Below, piece by piece: positions 38,736-46,484 of a DNA stretch of 64,000 nt. Origin of the DNA: Bacteroidales bacterium (lineage in GTDB: Bacteria > Bacteroidota > Bacteroidia > Bacteroidales > GWF2-38-335); NCBI GenBank assembly GCA_016936815.1, contig JAFGXD010000047.1, positions 2,276-66,275 of the forward strand, given 5' to 3'. How positions within the stretch are numbered: position 1 is the first letter of the stretch; each line of letters begins with the position of its first letter. A program made the translations under genes and the position numbers. The notes beneath the pieces are model-generated. The model did no database searches. It was not told where the DNA came from and saw only the letters and a list, made by a program, of their open reading frames with translations.

Positions 38736-38754
38736 TAACTTTGTAATTATTACA
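38736..38754 (+). promoter_or_regulatory. Candidate promoter -7 box (TAACTTTG) overlapping a 6-1-6 palindrome TGTAAT-T-ATTACA upstream of the TA pair
   Basis: TAnnTTTG at 38736-38743. Perfect palindrome at 38742-38754. A related half-site, TTGTAAATTAC, lies about 15 nt upstream. ATG of the antitoxin is at 38812. Confidence 0.35.
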
Positions 38755-38811
38755 AATAAAAAATATTCAATCCGGAATATTATTACTTTGATTATATAAA
38801 TAAATAATTAC

Positions 38812-39054
38812 ATGACTACCGCAGAATTAAAAAGCTATTTGCACAGATTGGTTGTTGAAACTGAGGATGTTGATATTCTTGAAAAGGTGCAATCATATTT
38901 TTCTGTATTAAGAAGCAGAAAGGTTGATTGGTGGGATTCTATTACTGAAAGCGAAGAAAGAACAATAAAACAAGGATTAATTGAACTAAAGGAAGGCAAA
39001 GGAATACCTAATATTGAAGTAAAGAAGAAAGCAGCCAAACTGATTGGAAGATAA
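38812..39054 (+). CDS. Putative antitoxin of a type II TA pair
   Basis: 80-aa ORF ending 3 nt before a ParE/RelE-like ORF. The call rests on position and size only. Confidence 0.5.
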   Translation: MTTAELKSYLHRLVVETEDVDILEKVQSYFSVLRSRKVDWWDSITESEERTIKQGLIELKEGKGIPNIEVKKKAAKLIGR

Positions 39055-39057
39055 TTT

Positions 39058-39351
39058 ATGACAAAAGAAAACATTATTGTTTGGTCTCCTGTTGCCGAAT
39101 TCACTTATTTAGAAACTTTGTCATTTATTCTGAAGACCTGGACAAGCAAAGAGGCGGAAGCTTTTAAGCTGAAGGTTGAAAGCCTTGTTAATCTTCTTAA
39201 AACCCAAAAAAACCTTTGTCCGCCATCCCGCAAACAAAGAAGAATAAGGAGGTGTGTAATTACCCCTCAGACATCCTTAATTTATCAATTTTCGAAAGGT
39301 AATATTGAAATTATTGCTTTTTTTGATAATAGAACAAACCATAATTTTTAA
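39058..39351 (+). CDS. ParE/RelE-family type II toxin
   Basis: 97 aa. The overall pattern (..W.....Y..I..YI......A..F...I......L...P......R..IRR.V......IYQ....IEIIAFFDNR.N) resembles plasmid-stabilisation ParE/RelE toxins. Tightly coupled to the upstream small ORF. Confidence 0.65.
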   Translation: MTKENIIVWSPVAEFTYLETLSFILKTWTSKEAEAFKLKVESLVNLLKTQKNLCPPSRKQRRIRRCVITPQTSLIYQFSKGNIEIIAFFDNRTNHNF

Positions 39352-39632
39352 GAATTTTTTAATGCCGACTTTTTTAAAAGTACTGATAGGGTTGTTATTT
39401 ATTTGTTCGCTTTTTTCCTTCTCCTTTCCCTTAATTGGTTAACGGATTTGGTGGGGGTTGGTAGGGGATTGTTGTGGGGTGTGCACCGATATACGGTGTT
39501 AATAGGATGGATATAAAACACGGGCATTTATATAATAATATGGCCCATTTTTGAAAAAGGTAAAAATATTATTAAAAGTTATGGAATCTTTAGTACTAAG
39601 AAAAGAAGGATTACAATTTAACAAGGAATCTC

Positions 39633-39929
39633 TTATTTTCTCGTATTGCAAGAATAGACTGCTATCAATTCCTCTATTCTGATTAATAATGATATGTTTA
39701 TCTGTATAGAGCAAAGGATAGGAACAAAAACATATGGACTCATTCCCGGATACTCAGCCGTCAACGAATCAATCGCAAAGAACCTACCAATCTTATTATC
39801 AGATATCCTATACTTAAAGAATGAGTGGCTTCCGGTTTGGCCTGTAATCTCATTATCCATCTCCTGCCCACTAAACCCAAACCTACTCGTCTTCACGAAT
39901 ATTTCGTTATTCTTGTAATTAACAGTCAT
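39633..39929 (-). pseudogene. Orphan Rhs/YD-repeat core C-terminal fragment with short degenerate tail
   Basis: SRFGFSGQEMDNEITGQTG..FKYRISDNKIGRFFAIDSLTAEYPGMSPYVF follows the conserved end-of-core pattern Y.FGF.G.E.D.E...Y.YR.YD...GRF...DPL...YP..SPY.Y. Key positions are degenerate (DPL to DSL). There are no upstream YD repeats. An overlapping shifted ORF lies at 39499-39714. Confidence 0.5.
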
Positions 39930-40349
39930 TTGAGTTCGATTCGTAATTTCGTTTGTTTAGAGACTATAAAGATAATAATTTTTTTTATTTCCGTAGGTTA
40001 AAACCTAGGGCTATGACTGGGAATCTGCTTTGCAGATATGTGGAAATGGATTTTTTATGGATTGGTTATTTGCAATTTTGCATTATCCCCAACCTCGAAG
40101 AGGTTTCCCAACCATAGCCATGGGTTTCAACCCATGGTTAACAAAAATACATAATCATAAGTGTAATTACATTTTTTATTTTAGAAATGCTCACCTTTGA
40201 CATTTGGCTTCTTACAAGTTTTAGATTCCTAGTTCCGCAGCCTACGGCTGCTTCACGCGGAATGACAGCATGCCCCATGCAGACCATGTCATTCTGAACG
40301 AAACGAAGTGGAGTGAGGAATCTCCTGAATAATCGAAATGCCGGTTATT
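39903..40349. repeat. Hairpin-module composite repeat, copy B (~447 bp)
   Basis: Colinear with 38165-38586. It lacks the 36-bp module gaacttagcggagcgatctcatgaccgaaaggaata present in A. It has an extra ~59-bp module (gacagcatgccccatgcagaccatgtcattctgaacgaaacgaagtggagtgaggaa) absent from A. Confidence 0.8.
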
Positions 40350-40383
40350 TGCAGTAAACCTTGTGTCGTCATTTATCTGCTCT

Positions 40384-40430
40384 TCAACCGATTCCCAAAT
40401 AATTGAACTTTGAATAATAGTAAACGACAA
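40384..40430 (-). pseudogene. Duplicated 5' fragment of the C-N hydrolase gene (copy B of the 47-bp repeat), directly after the plsC-like stop
   Basis: TTG-SFTIIQSSIIWESVEE, then it diverges into repeat-derived sequence (track ORF 40242-40430). It starts 1 nt after the stop of 40432-40989. Confidence 0.75.
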
Positions 40431-40431
40431 A

Positions 40432-40989
40432 TCATTTATTAGTGAATTTTTCGGGATGTCGGGCTGATGTAAAATCGTACATTTTCTTAATTTTTACCAA
40501 ATCTTCCGCGGCATTATCACTAAGTGGGAATAATGGAGGGTCCATTATTCCACATATTTTGTTTTTGTAATCGAAAAAACCCAAAGCAACAGGAACCTGA
40601 GCTTTTGTTGCAATGTAATGAAATCCTTTTTTCCAGTTTTTAGTAAGCTTACGAGTTCCTTCGGGTGTAATGTTAAGAATCATAGAATCCCGTTTGTTAA
40701 ATTCTTCAACCATTTTATCAATTAGAGCTGTTTTTCCTCTTGATACCGGTATGGCACCCATTGCTTTAAGCAAAAATCCCAATGGAAAAAAGAAAAACTC
40801 CTTTCTTATGGCAAAATAGGCTTTTCTGTTTTGTGAATTAAAAAACAAAAAGCCAATAATAAAGTCCATCATGCTTGTGTGAGGTGCTGTAATTACCACC
40901 ACTTTCTTTACGTCTTCGGGAACTTTCCCTGAAGGTTTCCAACCCATTAGGTCGTAAAGAATAAAACTACTTATCGATTTTTTTATCAT
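40432..40989 (-). CDS. 1-acyl-sn-glycerol-3-phosphate acyltransferase family protein
   Basis: 185 aa. Has the HX4D motif (APHTSMMDF) and ITPEGTRK block typical of PlsC-type acyltransferases. Confidence 0.8.
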   Translation of the reverse strand: MIKKSISSFILYDLMGWKPSGKVPEDVKKVVVITAPHTSMMDFIIGFLFFNSQNRKAYFAIRKEFFFFPLGFLLKAMGAIPVSRGKTALIDKMVEEFNKRDSMILNITPEGTRKLTKNWKKGFHYIATKAQVPVALGFFDYKNKICGIMDPPLFPLSDNAAEDLVKIKKMYDFTSARHPEKFTNK

Positions 40990-41010
40990 TATTACAAATG
41001 TTTGGCTTAA

Positions 41011-41793
41011 CTAGACTATAGATTTAAGCAACCTTAATTTATGTGAGTATCTTTTGGTACTTAAATTAAAAATACCTTGATGATCTATAACATCAATTCT
41101 AACAATTCCCGAAGCATGAATAATTTTGTTGCTTCCAAGTAAAATTCCTACATGGGTTATTATTCCCTCATCGTTATCGAAAAATGCCAAATCGCCGGGT
41201 TTTGCCTCATTCAAAAAATTTAAAGTTCTTCCCAATTCTACTTGTTTAGAGGCGTCTCTGGGAAGAAAAACCCCGTTAATTTTATAAACAATTTGTGTAA
41301 GTCCCGAACAATCAATCCCAAAAGGATTTTTGCCTCCCCATAAATATGGGGTTTCTAAAAACGACTTTGCTGTTTCAACAATTGAAATGTTTATGTCTTC
41401 AGGTTTTTTTGCAATTTTTCCGGAAAAAACATAAGATTCTTCCTCAATTTTAAAGCTGTTGCTTTTCTTATCGTAATCGAAAAAACACGATCCCGCAACA
41501 ACATTTATATTTATTCCGTCGCTTTGTCTAATCAAACTTGCTGAGGTGCTTATTACATGCGATTTCTTAGCTTTAACAAGCATATTATAATTGTCTTCGG
41601 AAAGATAATGACACATTTTTCGGTCTATCCAACCAACATATTCATCGTATTGGGTTTGAATTTTGCACCATTTTTCGTTTTCGTAGCTTATGGTAAACAA
41701 ATCGCCAAAAAGCAACTGACTAACCATTTCACTTTGTTCGGCAGATTCCTTTCTTATGGGAATTATGCTTATTTTTGCGATTCCGTATTTCAT
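41011..41793 (-). CDS. NlpC/P60 (C40) peptidase with N-terminal SH3-like region
   Basis: 260 aa. YLWGGKNPFGIDCSGLTQIVY (catalytic Cys) and ..ITHVGILLG.. (His). Confidence 0.85.
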   Translation of the reverse strand: MKYGIAKISIIPIRKESAEQSEMVSQLLFGDLFTISYENEKWCKIQTQYDEYVGWIDRKMCHYLSEDNYNMLVKAKKSHVISTSASLIRQSDGININVVAGSCFFDYDKKSNSFKIEEESYVFSGKIAKKPEDINISIVETAKSFLETPYLWGGKNPFGIDCSGLTQIVYKINGVFLPRDASKQVELGRTLNFLNEAKPGDLAFFDNDEGIITHVGILLGSNKIIHASGIVRIDVIDHQGIFNLSTKRYSHKLRLLKSIV

Positions 41794-41926
41794 GAAAAAA
41801 GAAAAATTTTTTTAAACATGTTTTAATTCTTTTACATACTTTTACAAAAGTATGAAAGAAAAACAAAGGTAAAATAAGAAAAAATAATAGATATAAAAAA
41901 GCTATTAACAATTAAAGAAGGAATTA

Positions 41927-44086
41927 ATGAACAAGTTATTTCGTTGGATTAAAGTAAATTACAGAATGGGGCTGGCCGTTTTACTCTTTCTGTTTTGTAG
42001 TTTTTTGGTATTGTGGCTGTTTCCGGGGCAAGCAAAATTTAAATGGGAATTCGATGAGGGTCGCCCATGGACTCATGAAACTCTGTATGCTCCTTTCGAT
42101 TTTTCGGTTTATAAAACACAGTCAGAACTCAATCACGAAAGAGATAGTGTTAAAAAGGAATGTTTGCCATATTACGATTTCGATGAAACAATTGTAGACA
42201 TTAAGAAAGAGCAGTTTTCAAAGGTTTTCGAAAAGGTTTGGACTCATCACATAAATAAATACTATAGAAGCGACTCGCTTGAAAACATTTTTAAACCAAA
42301 AAAAGAAGATACTGAAAACGATTTTTCACTTCTAAAAAACGATTATCAGGCATTTTGTTTAAATATGCTTGAAAAGGTTTACGAAAGAGGGATAATTAAA
42401 CTTCCTGAAAGCGCAAAAGCTAAAGTAGAAGATTATTCCTTTTTTATGGTAAAGGGAAAGTTTGCCGAAGAATATGATCTAGAAGAGGTTTATACACTTT
42501 TATCGGCCGAAAATTTTATTAAAAAAGAGATTTCTAACAAAAAAGAATTTGCCAGCACTTATGAAGAAGAAATATATTATAAATTTTTCGAATCGTTAGA
42601 CATTAAAAGGTTTCTTAGTCCCAATATTGTGTACAATCCTATTCTTACCGAAGATATGGAGAAAAGTATGCTGTCGGCAATTTCCTTAACAACCGGATTG
42701 GTTCAAAGAAACGAGGAAATAATAAGAAAGGGCGATATTATTGACAACGGTAAGTACAAAATTTTGCAGTCGTTTAGAAAGGAATCGGAAGACAGACTAT
42801 TAAAAGATCAGGATTTTGGCTTAATAAAAACCGGTCAGCTTATTTTAGTTCTTTTTTCCTTTCTGGTAATATTCATTTTTCTTTATAGTTTTAGGAAAGA
42901 TATTTTGGAAAATATACTTAAAACCTCATTTATCTTATTTTTAGCCTTTATTTTTCTTTTGGCAGGCAGCATGTTGATTAACCTTAATATTTCAAACATG
43001 TACCTTATTCCTTTCGCAATTTTGCCAATAATAATAAGGACTTTCTATGATTCGCGACTTGCTTTATTTATTCACCTGGTTGTTATTCTTCTATTAGGAG
43101 TTGTTTCGCCATTAAATAACCCCTTCGAATTTGTTTTTATGCAAATTTTTGCCGGTATTGTTGCAATTTTTAGTTTGGCAAATATTAGAAAAAGAGTGCA
43201 AATTTTTTATTCGGTAACACTAATTATTCTGGCTTATGCCTCGTTAGATTTTGCATTTTCTATTATTAAAGTCGGTGAATTGGATAAGATTGAATGGACT
43301 CGAATGGGATCTTTTGGGCTTAACGGGCTTCTTGTTTTGGCGTCATACCCACTAATTTATATTTTCGAAAAAGTTTTTGGCTTTTTATCTGATGTTACTC
43401 TTATGGAGCTTTCAGATACAAATTCAAAGTTGCTTAGAAAACTCGCCGAAAAAGCTCCCGGAACTTTTCAGCACTCAATGCAAGTAGCTAATATGGCCGA
43501 GGAAGTAATTTACAATATTGGAGGGAATCCGCTATTAGTTAGAACAGGCGCTCTTTATCATGATATTGGAAAAATGGATATGCCAATGTATTTTATTGAA
43601 AACCAATCGCATGGAAATAATCCTCACGATAATTTGGAGTTCGATAAATCTGCTGAAATAATAATTTCGCATGTTACCAAAGGTATTGAAATAGCACAGA
43701 AACATAATTTACCTAATCTAATAATAGATTTTATTAGAACTCATCATGGAACATCTGTAGTTCAGTTCTTTTACAAAAACTATGTAAAAAATTATCCTGA
43801 GGCTGAAGTAGATATTAAGAAATTTACTTATCCCGGACCAAAACCATACTCAAGAGAAACTGCCGTATTAATGATGGCTGATTCGATTGAAGCTGCTTCC
43901 AGAAGTCTAAAAACAATAAACGATGAAACTATTGAAAATCTGGTAAATGGAATTATCGATTATCAGTTTAACGAAAGGCAGTTTGAAGAAGCTAACATTA
44001 CTTTTAGAGATATTTCTATTGCAAAGGAAATTTTAAAACGAAAACTCAAGAATATTTATCACGCTCGTATTGAATATCCTAAGTAG
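41927..44086 (+). CDS. 7TM receptor with extracellular domain and intracellular HD/HDIG phosphohydrolase domain
   Basis: 719 aa. N-terminal TM plus a ~270-aa exo-domain, seven TM helices, then ..GTFQHSMQVANMAEE..GALYHDIGK..HHG.. (HD/HDIG). Confidence 0.85.
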   Translation: MNKLFRWIKVNYRMGLAVLLFLFCSFLVLWLFPGQAKFKWEFDEGRPWTHETLYAPFDFSVYKTQSELNHERDSVKKECLPYYDFDETIVDIKKEQFSKVFEKVWTHHINKYYRSDSLENIFKPKKEDTENDFSLLKNDYQAFCLNMLEKVYERGIIKLPESAKAKVEDYSFFMVKGKFAEEYDLEEVYTLLSAENFIKKEISNKKEFASTYEEEIYYKFFESLDIKRFLSPNIVYNPILTEDMEKSMLSAISLTTGLVQRNEEIIRKGDIIDNGKYKILQSFRKESEDRLLKDQDFGLIKTGQLILVLFSFLVIFIFLYSFRKDILENILKTSFILFLAFIFLLAGSMLINLNISNMYLIPFAILPIIIRTFYDSRLALFIHLVVILLLGVVSPLNNPFEFVFMQIFAGIVAIFSLANIRKRVQIFYSVTLIILAYASLDFAFSIIKVGELDKIEWTRMGSFGLNGLLVLASYPLIYIFEKVFGFLSDVTLMELSDTNSKLLRKLAEKAPGTFQHSMQVANMAEEVIYNIGGNPLLVRTGALYHDIGKMDMPMYFIENQSHGNNPHDNLEFDKSAEIIISHVTKGIEIAQKHNLPNLIIDFIRTHHGTSVVQFFYKNYVKNYPEAEVDIKKFTYPGPKPYSRETAVLMMADSIEAASRSLKTINDETIENLVNGIIDYQFNERQFEEANITFRDISIAKEILKRKLKNIYHARIEYPK

Positions 44087-44090
44087 GCTA

Positions 44091-45065
44091 CTATAATTCA
44101 ATTTTAACAAATTGCGCTACCGTTGATAATACAAGTAGGAAAAATAAAATTTCGCTCCAGAAAAGAGACTTCATTTGTAAAAAATATCTGGTAAAAATAA
44201 TAGCCATAAAAAAAGTTGCCGTAATCCAATGATTTATATCGAATCCTGTTGCGAAAAGCAAAGAAATAGCAAGAAGAGCAAAAATGTTAAAAATAAAAAA
44301 CATTTTTCTAACCCTTATCTTTTTTGCTTGGTTAACAGATGCAGATTTAACTAAACTAAAAAATAGTAGCAATAAAACCCACCCAAAATATAAATATTCA
44401 GTAATTTTTAAATCAGGTAATCTATAATTAAAAATGAAATTATTTTCTATATTTTTGGCAATATATATTAAATCGTCGTTAATAAAATATATTATTCCCA
44501 TAACAAAAATAGGAGTAATAAATCCTAAAATAGAAACCAGTAATTCTCTAAATGACACAGATTTAATAACACCCAGAGAAATCCAAAGAAATGGAAAATA
44601 GAATATTAAATCGAAGAAGAACAAACTACCTAAACTCAAATAGAACCCCGAATTAAAGACTGCTGATAAATCTGTTCCTTTTTCAATTTTAAAAAGAGAG
44701 TTAAGAGAAAATAAAAGAAAAATAGAACCTAAAATTGCAGGAGAAAGCATTTTTGTGGATAAAGTTCCAAAAATTAATAATACGAAAATTACCCCTTCTA
44801 AATAAGACCTTGTTTCGTAAATAATATTCTGGCTGTTAAGCCTAATTAAATATGCTGAATATAAAACAACTAAAGCCAAAGTAATATAAAATGAGAAATG
44901 AATTTTCCCCAACAATAACCACGATAATTCAGAAAATAATGGGGAAAAATGTCCGGAGTCAATAACCAAATGAATGTCGTAAGAATCAAACAACAATACC
45001 GCACCAATAATTGGTATCAATATTAATACATAAGGGTCATTTTTTTTTAAAATTCCTAATAACAT
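44091..45065 (-). CDS. Polytopic integral membrane protein, unknown function
   Basis: 324 aa, about 9 hydrophobic segments, no recognised motif. Lies 5 nt downstream of purD. Confidence 0.55.
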   Translation of the reverse strand: MLLGILKKNDPYVLILIPIIGAVLLFDSYDIHLVIDSGHFSPLFSELSWLLLGKIHFSFYITLALVVLYSAYLIRLNSQNIIYETRSYLEGVIFVLLIFGTLSTKMLSPAILGSIFLLFSLNSLFKIEKGTDLSAVFNSGFYLSLGSLFFFDLIFYFPFLWISLGVIKSVSFRELLVSILGFITPIFVMGIIYFINDDLIYIAKNIENNFIFNYRLPDLKITEYLYFGWVLLLLFFSLVKSASVNQAKKIRVRKMFFIFNIFALLAISLLFATGFDINHWITATFFMAIIFTRYFLQMKSLFWSEILFFLLVLSTVAQFVKIEL

Positions 45066-45070
45066 GTTGT

Positions 45071-46339
45071 TTACAAATCAAATCCAATATCTTTTCTAAA
45101 GTATTTTTTTTCAAAGCTTACTTTTTCTGCAATTTCTAGTGATTTTGACACAGCAATATCCTTTGTTTTTCCTAAACAGGTAACAGCTATTACCCGCCCA
45201 CCTTCTGTTACAACTTTTCCATTATGAATCTTTGTTCCGGCATGAAAAATTTTACCATCCTTATTATTTTCTAATCCTGTAATTTCCTTACCTTTTTCAT
45301 AATTGCCGGGATAGCCACCGGAAACCAACATAACAGTTGCTGCAAAATCATCTTCAAATTTAATATCAATTTCAGATAACTTGTTTTCTTTTGCAGCAAT
45401 AAACAAATCAAGCAAATCGTTTTTTAATCTTGGAATAACAACTTCTGTTTCAGGGTCGCCCATACGAACATTGTATTCAATTACATAAGGTTCGTTTCCA
45501 ACTTTTATTAATCCAAAAAAGATAAAACCTAAATAGGGAATCCCTTCCTTATTAAGACCATTAATGGTTGGCAAAATTATCTTATTTTCAACTTTATCCA
45601 TAAATTCTTTGTCTGCAAACGACACCGGTGAAATTGCTCCCATTCCTCCTGTATTAAGCCCTGTATCTTGTTCTCCAATTCGTTTGTAATCTTTAGCTTC
45701 AGGAAATATAACGTATTCATTTCCATTAGTTAAAACAAAAACAGATAATTCTATTCCTGATAGAAATTCCTCAATAACAACTCTTGCACTGGCTTCTCCA
45801 AATTTCCCATTCAACATTTCTTTTAATGATAATATTGCTTCATCTTTATTATCAATTATAAGAACTCCTTTTCCTGCCGCAAGTCCGTCAGCTTTAAGAA
45901 CATAGGGAGGGGTTTGTTTTTCAACAAACTCTATTGCTTTATCTATTGTTGCTTTACAAGCTGTAAAGTATCCCGCTGTTGGAATACCATAAACACTCAT
46001 AAAACCCTTAGCAAAATCTTTACTTCCCTCAAGTAATGCCCCTTTTTTACCAGGACCAATTACTATAATATTCTTAAGATCGGGGTTATTAGAAAAATAA
46101 TCGCTGATACCTTCAACAAGTGGAGCCTCAGGACCAACAACCAAAATATTAACATTATTTTCCAAACAAAATAGTCCAACCTCCCTAAAATTCATTGGGT
46201 TTATTGCAACATTTTCGGCAATTTCTTTTGTTCCGGCATTTCCCGGACCAACATATAGTTTAACAATTTTACTCGATTTGGATAATTTCCAGGCAAGTGC
46301 ATGTTCCCTGCCGCCCGAACCTAATAGTAAAACATTCAT
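45071..46339 (-). CDS. purD: Phosphoribosylamine-glycine ligase
   Basis: 422 aa. MNVLLLGSGGREHALAWKL.., ATP-grasp core, ..GDPETEV... Confidence 0.95.
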   Translation of the reverse strand: MNVLLLGSGGREHALAWKLSKSSKIVKLYVGPGNAGTKEIAENVAINPMNFREVGLFCLENNVNILVVGPEAPLVEGISDYFSNNPDLKNIIVIGPGKKGALLEGSKDFAKGFMSVYGIPTAGYFTACKATIDKAIEFVEKQTPPYVLKADGLAAGKGVLIIDNKDEAILSLKEMLNGKFGEASARVVIEEFLSGIELSVFVLTNGNEYVIFPEAKDYKRIGEQDTGLNTGGMGAISPVSFADKEFMDKVENKIILPTINGLNKEGIPYLGFIFFGLIKVGNEPYVIEYNVRMGDPETEVVIPRLKNDLLDLFIAAKENKLSEIDIKFEDDFAATVMLVSGGYPGNYEKGKEITGLENNKDGKIFHAGTKIHNGKVVTEGGRVIAVTCLGKTKDIAVSKSLEIAEKVSFEKKYFRKDIGFDL

Positions 46340-46484
46340 AAATAAACCTTTAAGTTAAAATTTTTCAGCAAACTAAAGTACTGCTTTTATTTGTTTCTGC
46401 AAAACACAAAAAAATTGAAATAGCACAAAAAAAATAAAAACAAAACAATTTTAAGTTCAATTTATTTACCTTTGATAATTAATA

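Noticed and set aside
39449-39483. G-rich tract GGTGGGGGTTGGTAGGGGATTGTTGTGGGGTGTG, a possible G-quadruplex, conspicuous in AT-rich DNA.
   Set aside because: Only three runs of three or more G, and the fourth is GG. There is no supporting context. It is probably a remnant of the inserted islet sequence.
39499-39714. 71-aa ORF overlapping the end of the Rhs fragment, as an immunity gene.
   Set aside because: It overlaps the Rhs-fragment ORF by 82 nt in another frame, has no recognisable motif, and may simply be the frameshifted continuation of the toxin tail. It is left uncalled but mentioned in the findings.
40242-40430. 62-aa ORF (MSFTIIQSSIIWESVEEQINDD...) as a real gene.
   Set aside because: The first 16 codons are the duplicated hydrolase 5' end. 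The rest reads through the hairpin-module repeat (..HFVSFRMTWSAWGMLSFRVKQP). It is a by-product of the insertion.
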